A stretch of DNA of 64,000 bases from Tubulanus polymorphus (GCF_964204645.1 NC_134033.1:12656655-12720654); one strand, 5' to 3'. Counted from the stretch's first letter, positions 1 to 14,016 are shown. Numbers and translations: made by a program. The notes: a model not told the origin generated them from the sequence alone.

Positions 1-148
1 ACAACTATGGAACTGGATGCTGAGTGATAAGTGATCGAATGTAAAATCATATATGGTGAAATCTCTTCAAATAAAATCTTAACTCTTCAAATTTCTCCTT
101 TAACAGCTTTGAATCTTGAATTTCTTTTCTTTATCCTCCGCCACGCAG

Positions 149-3100
149 CTATAGCTTTGACGATATCGCGGAACGATTATGCGGCGTCTTTGCATCAGCC
201 CGTTCCGTCGACGGTCAGGATCGAGCGAACTAACCACGTGGATAAAGACTCTGTTTTGTACCGTGCCGAAGGACCATTCAGCGGTATTACGATCAACAAA
301 CGTGTCCAAAGTGAGTATCGATCGCCCGTAGTGTCTAGAACTTTTAGGTGCTCCCTATTAGCTATAGAAGAGATGATTAGAAGATGATTGATGAAATTGT
401 CTTACCGGGCCCGCTCCCCGGGGAGCGCATCTGCGAAGTAAAACCCCAATACTACGATGAAAACCTTTATAGGTTTTTAGCTTTTCGACTCGATTCTATA
501 CGAATCATTTTCAAAACTGGCTCATATAGATTTCGATTGAAATGTACCCCAAACAACTATTTTTTCTTCATGATTGTGTGTTGTTTCGACGGAAACTGAT
601 GTCGGGCCTAACGCAGACGACGCAGGGAAACGCGGAAACACGAAACAGAACAAGTTTCCGAGCGTTTCCCCGGTAGTAATGGGGGAAGTGTTTTTTCATA
701 CCAGAGGTCGAAAGGTCGAGCTCATTTATTATATAATTTTTTTAATTAAAATTGATTGAAAGGTTGAGTGAGTAAAAAATAATAAATTCGAGCGTGTGAG
801 AATTTTTATTTTTTATTTTTTATAAGCTCGACCTTTCGACCTCTGGTATGAAAAAACACTTCCCCCATTATTCCTGGTTCGGACGTGTGGGTTTACGAGA
901 AACACGTTTTCGGTAATAACAACGTGCTCAACAAATTGATTCCCTGTTTCTCTGCGCCGTGTGCAAAACCAACTGCGCGTTTCGGACGAATCGGGTACAT
1001 CGGTCAAAATACTTGTATTAAAAATTGTATCAACGTCAAAAATGTCCGCGGTATTTCATATGAAATAATCGGCTTGTCGATGTAATGAAAACCAGAGCAC
1101 GAGTGAAGAGAGACACTAAGTGCGTATATAATGTAAATACGGGTAGGATTGACTTTCAAGCGCCGGATGCAATTAGTTAAAAGCGTTTCGGTCATCCATC
1201 ACGATCGTGTCAACCCCGACGCAGATTTCGTCTGATCTAATATCGTTAAATCATCAACTAATAATGCCGATCTACGGCCCCGCCTGCCAGGGCTGAATTC
1301 TATCAACCACAAAACAACTGGGATCATCTTAGAGAAGACCAATCTCCGACTCCACTTACCAGGGCTGGAATCGACTACGTAGACTGGTCGCCGGTCTCTA
1401 TTTTCAAATCGATTTTATATTCTGACTGATGTGATGCATGTTGGTGCAAAATTCCAAAAGAAACCAGTCTAAAACTTATGAGACCGATCCATCCAAAGCG
1501 TCAACCGCTAAGGAGGCCGGATTCATCCAACCAAATAAACTTGTGATAAAATTGTCGTTATTCTTTTCTAATTTGTTTTTGATTAAAGGTTTACAGAAGA
1601 AACATAACGTTCCAGATGTAGTTCTAGACTTCACGTGTTTTATACTGAAAAATTCCGATTTCAACAAACAAATCAAGGTATAATTATAGGCTTCAGTTCC
1701 AGGCATACGTAGAACGTAAAGTTTCAAAATAAATTGGCAGTCGTTATCAAAATGAAATTCTTAATAAAAGCTCATTCAGGCTTTCGGAAAAATTTCATAA
1801 TAGAATAGTTTTGTACGTTTTGAAGGAACGACGCCAGTTGTGTTTTTGGTTTGAAAATGGAACGCTGTACAGCGAAAAGAACGAAAAGGCGAACCGGTTT
1901 TTAGTCGAGTTACTAGATCCGGAAACTTTCCCGCAAGGTAAAACCGACATTTTTAGATTCTAGGGAGCTTTTCTAAATTATCAATTGTATGTATCATTAG
2001 TAGACATGACAGATATTCCAAGTAGGGATTCTTAAAAGCGTGTCGTATCGAAGCTTGATGATATTACTTCTAGAAGTCCTCCGTGTTCGGGGGCCAATGA
2101 AAAAATGTATTATATACGTTCATAACGTTCCTACGGTAACTTAGGTTCTATTCAAAAAACTAATTCCGCATTTTCCAGATGTTGTCCTATTCATAAAGAA
2201 AGCTGTGCTGCTCATGCGCGGATATTCAACAGTGCGTTGTTTAGATATAAGTTTCGACAGGACGGGTGACGTGCGCACGCAAGACGCCGCCACCGACGAG
2301 ACGTATCGGATTTGTCTGGCTTCGACCTTGACCGAATGTCCGGAACAGACGATCGACGAATCGGATGAGGAAGAAGAACGCGAAGCTATTCGTTAGTAAA
2401 ATGAATTTTTTGAAATTAACTTTTTAAAAGAAATGCCAGATTCCGAAATCTTAATAAGCAGTACATCTTTCAAACAGTGCTGTTTGCAAAAGTCGTAGTC
2501 CTAGTTTCACAGAAATCATTAAACTGACGCTATTAAATGAAAAGGAACAATCTCGAATTTGGTTCCACTTGTTTTGGAAAGTTTAAATAGAATCGTTGGT
2601 GAACGATAAATAATCAAATTTTGTTATTAAAACTGACCTTTCTTTTCCATTAAAAATGATTGATGCTTACAATTTTATTACATAATCTCTATAGGGAATT
2701 ACGTCACGGTTTTGACGCCTGACAAGTACGATTACCAATTCGTACCCGAAGTCCCCGTCACCGACAAACGGTTCATTACGTTCCGCGTGAAAGCAGCCGC
2801 AAACGCCCACATCTGCCTGTCCGCGATTTACGGTAACCTTCAACAGAAAACCGTCGAAGTCACCATCGGCGGTAAAAACAACAGCCGGTCGTGGATCACG
2901 GAAAATGCCGAAGGCGCCAAACGTTGCGAGTCGGTGACGAAAAACGTCCTCTCCGATTCGGAATTTCGAAATTTCTGGATCAGTTGGAAAGACGGTCTCG
3001 TTGAAGTGGGTGAAGGTAACCTGAGAGGTCGCGGTAGATTCATGTACTGGAGTATACCAGAGAAGAAGCAATTTCACGTGAATTGTATGGCAGTATCTAG

Positions 3101-6100
3101 CGATAAAACCGGTGCCGCGGAATGGGAGTTTGTCGACATTATATGCAAGTGTTGACAGTCATTATTTCAATCCGCTAAATTTAGCACTTCTATAAACAGA
3201 TACGTAACGTATTCTCATGCGATCAGATTTAAACCCGCTATATACGAATTTGAAAATTCGATAAGAAGTTTATTTCATTAAGAAATATAATCAATAAATT
3301 GAAAGGCAGTTTCGCCAGGTGTGAAGAAATAGCTAGAATGAGGGGCATTTGAAATATGGGAACAAGGTATTTGACAATTGAGTGAGTAGGTAATGATAAG
3401 TGTTTCTATGAGATATACAGCATACTTTGAAACAAAATCTCCTGGGAAACCTGCGGAAAATCGTATTCAACTTGTATGATATTAAAGCGTTTACTCTGAA
3501 TGTAACGAGTGCGTTTATGTCGTTAACAGATCCGGGCAAATCAAAAGCGGAACGTAGGGCGAAGGCTCGTGCGTCGCTGTTGTGGCTGGCGAAGAAACAG
3601 CGTATGTTGAACGTATTAGAGGATGCCTACCCGGACAGCGTATCAACTTCCGACCTTTTGAGGTATTTCATTACTTTCTGCAGTTCAAAATTCCCTGTTT
3701 TTTAGAAAACAAGGAATCATGACCCTAAAACTGTGTATTGAAACTCGGCGCTCAAAGGAGCTGTATATCGTCTGGGGTAAAGAAGCTCGCCAGACAGAAG
3801 CTGATACCCGTAGTTCTAATATGCGTTACGCTAACAGGGCCCGGTTTTATAGACTGGTCACCGGGGTTGACTTAATTGAAAATGAATTTAATGAGCCCAC
3901 AGGTTAAAGATATAAAGTCTATAAAGCCAGCCCCTGTATTCTGGACAAATGCTGGGTCTATAAAAACTCTTCAATTCAAAGAATATAAAGAAACACCGTC
4001 AAATTACTTTGCGATCTTATTTTGCAAATACAAATACAAATACATCACAAATAATACATTGGTAAATTTTACTGATATTGTGTTTATTAATCTTACATAC
4101 TGACCGAGCGGAAATTCACCAGGTAATTCCAAAACAAAAACACGGCTGATTTTTTTTGCTGAGAGATTTTCTTTTTTTGTTACAAATAAATAACTCTTCA
4201 GGTTGCTAAGGTAGATAGCATGCGGCGGTATTTACTTCTGATTTTATCTATAATCCAAACTTTCTCCACCCGCGGGTAGGTGCGCTAATGATCACGACGA
4301 TGGTCTGAGAAATGAATAACAAAAGAACATTTTAAATTGATTTTAAAAGTCGTACCCGAGTTGAAGAAGAGCCACGACATTTCGTTACTGGTTTTATTTG
4401 GGCAAGACGAAATCGAGCGAATAAGATTGTTCGACTTGAAGAAAGTTCTCGTGTGTTTTTGGGATATTTTGCATGTTTCTTTCGGATTCGGCATTAAAGC
4501 TTTCTTTCGATTGCGGAGTCATTTTTGACCTCAACTCCATCAACGCCTCGCACCATTTCCCCCTTCGATCATTCGAAGAATTCCATAGTATCTAATCAAC
4601 ATTTTTCATATCACATTTGCATATTACATTACATTTTGCTAAATACGTAATTCTGCCCAGGTATTGATCAGATTCCCATTTAACCATCTCTGTATATCGA
4701 CTTCAACTCAAACGATCAACCTATCGAAATTTCAGGATAGCTAAGATCAAGTTGTCGGACATGATGTCCGCCGTGGTTCTGCTGAAAGATATGCAAAACA
4801 AAAACCTTATCAAAGAGGTGTCGAAAGGAGCCTGGATGCGCATGCCTGGTGGTCGCATCGGCGCACAAAACATGGCGGATAGTCGCGGCCAACAACATGG
4901 AAAGTATAACCCACAAACTGTAAACAGGTTTAATGTGTAGGATCGTTCATATTGGTGATTCAAAATGTTTTATCGTTTTATTGTGTAGAGGTGAAAATGG
5001 TAACTAACATGCCGATACTGACCGGACGCGAACAGCCCAGGATAGCTGTAATCACTGCAATGTACTGCGAAAAACTGGCCGTCGACACGATGCTCTCCGA
5101 CAAAGTTACGTACGTGCGTTACATAAAACAGGGTAAGTTCCGTTCCAACTATCATCCAGAACTCGCCCGCCGATAGATTCCGTGCCACCAGCTTTAAACC
5201 GCTAGATGCATGCAGGACATCTTCTCTCCTTCATAAAACATTATATTAGGCAAATCTCGTCGCATGGTAAATTTAGATTGATCTCGAAGCACGATTTGTA
5301 TTCATCATTTGTTTTAAGTTTTAATACGAGAAATTATGGATAAGTCATACTTTGATCTGCGATGAAAGCCGCTATCTTTGTCCGAATGCAGACTTATAGC
5401 GAACCTGGTGGTACTCGCTTGCCATGAGTAGAATCCTCGTCACAGACGAACGTAGTCCTAGTTCCTCGATCACTAGAGAAGCACGTCCAATCATGCAGTG
5501 AGTTCCCGGGATGGATGCCTCCTGCACGCCCAATCATACAGTGAGTTCCCGGGATGGATGCCCCCTGCACGCCCAATCATACAGTGAGTTCCCGGGATGG
5601 ATGCCTCCTGCACACCCAATCATACAGTGAGTCCCCGGGATGGATGCCCCCTGCACCCCCAATCATATAGTGAGTCCCCGGGATGGATGCCTATTGGGGC
5701 TTAACGATAAACCGAGAAAGTGAATTTCGTTCGCGTTTGAGGACGTAGTTTCTAAATTTGATATTTCGCAGGTGATTCATCGGTTTACACGCTCGGTAAA
5801 ATCGGAAAACATCAAGTCATTTCGACGAAACTATCGCGAGTTGGAGGCAACGCCGCGGCCAATATATCAGCAGAAAACGCCATCACAAGACTTCTAGGTA
5901 TGGCATCTAAAATTATGTTTTTTTAATGATCGGGCGCTGAAACACCCTATCCCACCAGATGGCGTGACGAGCACTCGGTCTTCCGTCGTCAAGGTGTATT
6001 CATTTTCCATCAATTTTGAACTGAAATATTTTTGGTTCGCGAATCCATACAATCACGACTTGACCCACCAAATACACATTGAATTCATTTTTCTGCTCAG

Positions 6101-7029
6101 TTCGTTTCTGGGTGTATTCATAAGAGGTTGTCCATTCGATTTTTACTGTGATGTAGAAGAAATTGAACGCGGGAGACCCGAATAACTATTAGTGAACCTG
6201 GCGGATCTTCACTTGCCATAAGTGGAATCCTCGATTGCCACAGTAGCGTTTGAGGTGCTTATTTTAAGTACTATTTGACCGTATACAGTATACATGTATA
6301 ATTCTAGGTACATTCAACCGTGTTGATCACGTGATATTGGTCGGTGTGGCCGGTGGGGTTCCGAACTTTACCGATTATTTCCGTCACGTTCGGCTCGGTG
6401 ATGTCGTCGTGTCGGTTCCGGATCGAGGTTCGTCCGACTCGCTGTACACGTATTGCGAAAAGATGGAATTCAACGATCTGGGGCAGGTGAGCTTCTCGAC
6501 GAAAACCTGGGCGAGTAAAACCGACACGCTGCAGAACGTGGTCCGTCGATTACGCGACCAGGAAAACCAACGCCAGGTGGCGCCGTGGGAGAAATACATC
6601 GACGAAGGGAAAGAATCGCTACACGGAGATGAATCGGCGTTTTATCGGCCGTCGAGTAAAACCGATAAGATCGTACGCGCCAATGAAAACGGGGAGCTAC
6701 TGCAATACGAGCACCCGGCGCCGCCTGCCGGCGTGACGCGTAACAACAACCGCCCGGTCGTCCATCTAGGCGCGATCGGGTCGGGCAAGTTCATATCGCG
6801 CAACGACGTTCTACGCGATCAGTTCGCCGATATATGCGGCGTGATTGCATTCGATTACGAGTTCGACTCGGTGCTGAAATCGCTAGAAGGCAATCGTAAC
6901 GATAGTTTTATTCTGATTCGCGGAGCGGCCGATTACGCGGATGGATCGAAGATGAAGGAGTGGCAGCCGTACGCCGCCCTGGCGGCCGCGGCCTACATGA
7001 AAGCGGTCGTTATGGCGTTACCTTTTTAA
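149..7029 (+). CDS. 5'-partial multi-exon gene: FAMeT (Methyltransf_FA)-like domain + winged-helix-like segment + C-terminal PNP_UDP_1 / MTA-SAH nucleosidase-like domain
   Basis: Phase-compatible exons 149-310, 1589-1677, 1826-1937, 2179-2391, 2695-3144, 3530-3662, 4736-~4899, 4989-5132, 5772-5897, 6308-7029(stop). FAMeT-like: FRVKAAANAHICLS..VEVTIGGKNNSRSWI..LSDSEFRNFWISW. Nucleosidase motifs: IAVITAMYCE, VYTLGKIGKHQV, ILVGVAGGVP..RLGDVVVS, AFDYE, LIRGAADYADG..WQPYAALAAAAY. Confidence 0.85.
677..870. repeat. Perfect 46-bp inverted repeat (fold-back/MITE core) in an intron
   Basis: 677-722 taatgggggaagtg...ggtcgagct is the exact reverse complement of 825-870, with an AT-rich spacer. Confidence 0.85.
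5488..5691. repeat. 43-bp minisatellite, ~4.7 copies, intronic
   Basis: Unit caatcatacagtgagttcccgggatggatgcc(t/c)cctgcacgcc starts at 5488, 5531, 5574, 5617, 5660. Confidence 0.9.
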
Positions 7030-7510
7030 TCGAAAGACACATTTTCTACTATACTTATGCTTACTATTCTATTCACGTCTCCTTATATCTTTTCAAATGT
7101 TAAGGGACATTTTTCTGCTATATTCTACCGACAATTCGGTGACAATACACATTAACTATTGCGTAAAGTGCCCTTCTAGATTCGTCGTCAATTAAGAAAT
7201 AATTTTTTGAATGATAGAATAGTTTGATCGTTATATTAAACAGTTTTTCGCACGAGTTCAACTTTATTGGTCAGGCTTATTACATAGGGGTCATTTTTGT
7301 TCAAATATATGAGCAAACGCATTGGGCTACGACGTTTCTGTCATTGGAAATGCATGTACGTCTGTTATTCCAAAATGAAACATAAGCTTCGAATCTGCAA
7401 CTGACTTGATTCAAATTATCATTTAGATGCTGTACTTCCATGACATGTTGTCGTCGTTTGCCCCAAACCGTCACAGAGCTGCTGACTGCCGCAACATAAC
7501 GAAGCATATA

Positions 7511-7629
<119 letters not shown>

Positions 7630-8558
7630 AACTTCGCCTGTTTGATTGCCATTATGATGTAATCACATGGCAAGGAGGAAAGATCAAGCGCTGATCGTAG
7701 AGAATATAACAAAAATGTCTAAGGTTTTCTTTTAAATATGACAAGAAACAACTTTAATGGATGCTTATTTTTTCGAAATATGACGTTCGGCGAGTGAGGG
7801 TCTTTTGAGCCCCGTGATCATGTTCTCATGATTTCAAACTGTTTGAATTGGTTTCATATGTTAAAATTTTTGTACTACACGAGCGATCGATTGCAACAAA
7901 TTGATGATCACTTTGATATTCCACTCAAAGATACTCGATATGCACTCGATGGATATTATGCAGTCAAACAGAAAACAGATATTAGTGATGGTTCATCATT
8001 TTTTATTTTCTTCTTTTATCGATATAACTTTACATTCGAATCCGTATTCGTAAATGAGCAGAAACCCTGTTGAAGATTTCCTTGTTATATTTGGCTCCGA
8101 TGTATATTGGTAAACCTTGTATTGGGATACCGAATCCTTTCAAGAGGTTTGGTTATTTTCGACAATTTGGTCCGGTGTCTTGGACAAAACCCATTTCAAC
8201 GTGCTGTTCAGATGCTAGCTTCGTAGCAATAAACAGGACAATCCTACTGACCGAATTAGCAGGCTTTGGTGATCTTAAACTCATGAACCATTTTTACTAA
8301 AGGATACATAGGATTCTGGAACAGTGGCTTGAGTTCAAATTGCTGATCCTAAATAGTTCCATCTAAAACAGTTACAAATTAGAGTTTTCATTTCTCTGAA
8401 AATATGTTTCTACCACATCGATAAAAATAACATAGGGCCCTTTACCTTTGGATCGATGTTACTCCGTGGCATCTGGTACAGGTGCATTTGTATCATCTGC
8501 AACGATATTCGTTTTTACATTCGACACGATTTTACAGAAACTTTCGGACGACTCGAAC

Positions 8559-11500
8559 ATGTTCATCTTGTTAGTTTTCGTGGTCGCCGCAAATGTTGCT
8601 GAAAACGCAGGTAAATTATACATTTCCTTAAGTGAGCACTTAAATAGTGTGTGATTCGTTAATAAATGAAAATAAGTGAAATATTCAGTAAATCCATCCA
8701 TCGTTTGAATGATTATTTCCTTTAATATGATGGAAAATGGGGAACAAAGGTTTTACGGATACTTAAATGTGCGAGTCTTTCACATACCCCGGGTTTCACA
8801 TCGTAACCGCTCTCAATTGTAACATTCGAAAAAATCTAGAATCGACAACAGAAATCTACATTTTATTTCCTTTAGAACGATGCATAAATTACGTTTATCA
8901 AGCAAGGGCCTGCCGAGCATATTGATGTTCAAAGATTTCTTTGTTTCAAAAAACGGCGCAAATTATCACAACAATGGGGAACTCGAGGGGCCGCCACAAC
9001 TTGGCGCCTAGAAACTGGAAACCTCTCTCACTACGTATCACTGTTTAAATGCCGTAGGTCCAGATGACCAGAACCTTCCCACATATAGTTGCAGAAGTTA
9101 CTCATGAATAAGTCGATTAATATATACATATCCGTATCCAATACAGAGGGTTAGACTGCTTCCGTCGTAGGATTTATCAACCTTGCTTCATCACATAAAA
9201 CAGTCCGGTCTCTTCCGTCCGGCCATTCGTCAGATTTCTGTTGGTTTATCATTTCTGAAACACGAATGATATCTAGTTGGGACCTTAACCCGATCAATAC
9301 TCATTTCGAAGGTTGGGTGAAATTTTCAATTTCTAGCTGTGAGAGACGTAGCCTACATGATGCCGACTGCTCAGAGTACCACAGCCGGCGATGGTGACGC
9401 CTCCAAAGCTGTGGATTCGAAAAAAGAAACAACCTGCACAATGACTGAGAAGGAAGATGCGGGGAGTTGGTGGCAAATTGACATTGGAGAAAATCAGACG
9501 GTATATGCTGTGCAGATCTGGTTAAACGCTAAGGCCGAAAGTGAGTGAAATCAAACATTCACTTCACGACCATGTTTTCAGAGATAAGTTGAAAGTCTTC
9601 GTCATTTATTTTCGAAATGTTTTCTCTAGTTCCAAAATACTACAAAATCTACGTATCCGACGAGCTAGTGCAGGATCCCGAAAACAGAGAGAATTGGAGA
9701 CTGTGTCAATACGTGGGAATAACATCCGCTAACGAAACTCGTAATTACTGTTATCAAGTTCTACGAGGGAGATACGTCATCATTTTGACTCCTGGTGGAC
9801 AGAGATTATCCTTATGCAAAGTGAAGATTTTACAGGAGACAGTCGTTACAGGCCTGAGTGAGTAGACTATTCCGTGTACTCTCATCAGGTTAATGGGTAA
9901 ACGGGTGGTGTATGGTTACCTAGATCTACGAGCTTCGTTACCAGTGCAAAGCTTTGAGATTCTACCATGCTATATGTTGTTGGTCGCTCCAAATGTTTTA
10001 TTTGACATTGCAGGCCACCTGACAAATTATTCTATGCTGATCGGAAGTTGTCAAATCGGGAGGCCGACGTTTACGAAACCAACTGGAGGCAATTTAGTGC
10101 AATTTTGCCAACAAGCCTGCAACAATGAATCGAATTGTTTTGCATTCGTTGTGAACGACCAAAAGCAGTGTTTGTTGTACGATGCATCTTGCGAAGGATC
10201 GGACGTCGACAGCAGTTCTTTGAGTTACACCACTTTCAACAAACTACAAGCAAATTGTAATTACGTTCGTCATCGCAGCCGGTAGCAATTCCTTTCGCAG
10301 TCGTGGTTTTCAAGCCCTCAAAATGGACAATAATATGCTTTGTTAGGTTAACTTTATAGCTCAAATAACATGGCATTTTGCGTACATCGTACTCTCGATT
10401 TACATTGAAGAATATGTAAATCGGTTTCTTTAAAATTGGCTTTTTCAAATGATAATGAGTTTGAAACTTTATAATCTTAAGCATCTTCACAATCTCCATC
10501 CGAACCATCCAGCGTCTAATTCATAACGGTCTTGGTTGTGAAAACAGCACGTGAATGTTAGAGACTAAATAGGATTTGGTATTTTCAGTACCACTCGAAG
10601 ACGGCGTTTATAGACGAGTAATTGGTCAATGTAAGGGAAACCCCGTTACGGAAACTCTCGAAAACTTTGCTGCCTGTTTGAAACGTTGTAATGAAATGAG
10701 AAAAGAATGCGTAGCCGTGTCTGCTTTGCCATACGAAGTGACTGAATGCCATTTTTATAAAAGCTGCAACGCGATGTCCGCAGACAAAAATATAGTCACC
10801 TACCAACAAATCAACTTTGTACCAGGTAAGTGATACCCGTTCTCTACAATTCGTCGTATCAAGTATTTATCAGGATACACATTTGTACGGTGTACGGTTC
10901 ATGGAGAACCATAGCTGAAGTTGTTCTCAATGAGGGTTTTTAAATGTCGCGGAGCCCTTGGTCACTTGTAGAAAAGTGATCTTAAGTCTTAACCAGTGTT
11001 AAACCATGGACGTATAAACTAGATAGATTATACGTCCATGGTTAAACCTATCTAATACTACCTAATATTGAATGTTAGATAACGGGGATCGGGGAAGGGG
11101 TATCGTTTCTCGAACATTTGACAGATATGTTCACCGATATTTGAATATCGATGCACAGGTCATTTCCTAAAAGTATGAAGTGCAAATGGAGTAACTACGG
11201 TTAAGATACCAAGGAAATAAATGATTTTGCCGTGGCGTTAGTTGGTATTCAAACGCGGCCAACCAGAGAGGTTAATCATGTGTGTTATGTGTGAAAGCCA
11301 TGCCCAAGATGGATCCTTCTACCATTTCAGTGCATCGTTATTTTGACTGCTTTCGAGTGTTTTTTTTTCATTAGATTTTATACGATATCATATTATACTG
11401 CATTATTTTTCAGCTAAAAAAACCACCGGAGTCGACGCTTTAGCCGTGCTGGACTTCCTGTACACCAACACCGCAATTATCATGCAACTCTGCGCGCCCT

Positions 11501-12559
11501 TGTCCCCCGTATCGGTAGCCATGACGGTTTTGAAGAGCATCTTTACGATGTTCAACTCCGAAGAAAAAATGTCGGTTTGGGATGAAATCAAGCGACTCGT
11601 TCATTCAGCTATCGCTAGTAAATTAACGGCGCACAACGAAGACGCGATGAGAGCTAAACTGGCAGCGGTTGTTGAACGCATATCAGAATTGTCCGATTCA
11701 TCGCGGTATTCGTTGAAATTCAGACGAGCGGAACTTTCAAAACTAGCAACTATGCTGAACACCTTCAAACATAGGTAAAAACCTCGTGTGACTACTTCTG
11801 GGTTTACGAAATGGGTAACTTTTAAATACATCCAATGTATTTGTGTATACGTGTCTGGGGCCGTATTCACGAAGCACCCGCAAGTTACATGTCACGTTAG
11901 ATTGACGGTTGAATTTACGTGAAACGTAGGCTTACGGGTATACGGTCCCTGATTGCATCTGTGTGAGACTGTGCGGGTAATTCAAATCTAAATCCGAGAG
12001 CTAGAAAGTAGTATAATTAAAATGAACGGTTATGACGGTTTTACCGTGAAGACATTAATACGGCGAACAACCAAACTGAGCTTAGTCCTGATATTGTGAT
12101 AGATCCCAGTATAATATTATATAACCAATTCTATCATATTGCATAAACAGGTATGATCTGGAAAGATTTGAGGAGATTGCTTTTGATGTGGAGGTTCTGA
12201 GTGGTATCCCATCATTCTGTCTCGTCTATATCACATTGGTTAAAGAGTTGAACAGACTCGGGCATCCTACGTGGAAAGACGACTGGTTCCACGACCTTGA
12301 AATATTCATGAGAGGCATGACACGAATTGTCGAATCGACTGCCTTCGAGACGTTTAAGGTAATTTCTATTAAGAATTTTAACACGGAGAATTTATAGATA
12401 GAAAATGTCCCAATTCGTTGTAAGGGCAATGAATATATCATTACGGCGACCGACCATCTGATTGATCAATGGTTTACCATGAACCACCAACCAGAATCCG
12501 TGTCATATATATTTGAAATTTGTAAATATAAGTGCTATTAGAAGTTTTGTTATAACAGT

Positions 12560-12634
<75 letters not shown>

Positions 12635-13269
12635 AAATTATATATGGCCAACCTAACAACGCCCGGTAAAGAGAGATTTAAGTTAACTATTTTATCCGTG
12701 TCTACGACTTGCAATGTTCCATTGATTGGTACTAATCTAACCGAATACAATTCTATTAGGATCGGTTCGGTCCGAAGACGATGTTACCTACGAAACTAGA
12801 AATGGGTTGGAACAAATTCTACGAGTTGGACGACCAAGTAAGCAAATCGACCATACACGCTGAATTTGACGACTTCAAACAACTGGAGAGCATCGCCGCA
12901 GAAACGCGAAAGTTAATCAACGCTTTACTCATTAAACCATACAACGGTATTCTAGATAAAGTAAGAGGTATGAACATCGATGTAGGTAGCGAGGCAAGAC
13001 GTTTCGAAGGAAAGTTGCGCGACGCGCTCGGAAAAGGATCGGGATTCCAATGGCGTGACAATGAAGTACTGCATGCGCCTTGCTGGACCCCGTGTAGAAA
13101 GTGGCCGGGTAGAGAGTATCTGTTTTGCATTTCTGAGTCTCCGATGGACATCGATATGGATAAAAGGATGAGAATGCAACGGCCTCGTTTTATGTATCGT
13201 CCTCTTCACCAACGCTGTTATTTCCCGTGGTTGAAAGGATCGAAGATTGTTGAAAAACCCGATCGATAA
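8559..13269 (+). CDS. Paralogue A: secreted F-type-lectin / 2xPAN / Cry-domain-I-like protein (putative pore-forming toxin), ~680 aa
   Basis: Eight GT-AG exons 8559-8610, 9337-9540, 9630-9857, 10014-10256, 10589-10825, 11414-11774, 12151-12358, 12760-13269 total 2043 nt in frame. Signal peptide MFILLVFVVAANVAENA; FTP-like QSTT..ASKAVD..CT.T..SWWQIDIG..GRYVII..LSLCKV; PAN-like C-x3-C..C.A(F/V)..C.(L/F)Y twice; helical domain SVWDEIKRLVHSAIASKL..FDVEVLSGIPSFCLVYITLVKEL. Confidence 0.88.
12564..12632. repeat. (TA)n microsatellite in intron 7 of paralogue A
   Basis: ~69 bp TA run. Confidence 0.97.
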
Positions 13270-14016
13270 ATACATGACGGAAATACAAAAAAAAAACGGA
13301 TGTTGAACAAAAAGAAAATGGCAAATCATGAGAAAATAAATTCGACAAACGAAAACTTCATTTTCGACCATATCTTCGGTTTTTCTTTTTATCATTTTAT
13401 GTTCACGGAATTTTACTTATTCTCTTTTTTATTCTCTCTGCTTTATTTCTATTGTTGTGAATCATGATAGAATATGCTGATAATGTACTAAATGTTTTCT
13501 CATCATTTGGATTTTGGCATTTTCATTTCCGTGGTTTAGGCCGATTCTCTGTCATTCCGATAGAATAATCCAACTACGTACACACAGATTTTAAATCATA
13601 CCTGGAAAGCTGAATCGAAGCCCACAAAACGTCCAAATTGCTTCTTGGCTAAATTACGTCAAAGTGTTCTACGAAAACTCGCCGATGATAAGTACAATCC
13701 AATTCAACTTATTTTCACAGAAAAGCGTTACATTATTACAAGTTAAATATTAGAAAAAGAAAGAAGAGATAAATTAATTCACAAAATTATAGCGTGCTTT
13801 TCCGGGGGCTTGCAAAGCCTTGTAAACCGCTAGCGCAGGCACCCAATGAAAGAGAGAAAAACAGAAATAAGAGAGAAGATAGTGAGAGAAAGATGAGAAA
13901 AGCTCGTACTAAAGAAGTTACAAGAAGAGTAGATTGGTGTAGGAAATACATGTATAATGATAATAATGCATCCTCTTTCTGCGAAATGTTGTTAATGATC
14001 GACAAGAAAGAACTGA

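Noticed and set aside
2667-3077. Antisense ORFs overlapping exons (e.g. 2667-3077, 12819-13151, 37854-38168, 58974-59261)
   Set aside because: Shadow ORFs of real coding exons on the opposite strand.
5488-5691. 43-bp repeats as a CRISPR array
   Set aside because: Head-to-tail units without spacers; a minisatellite.
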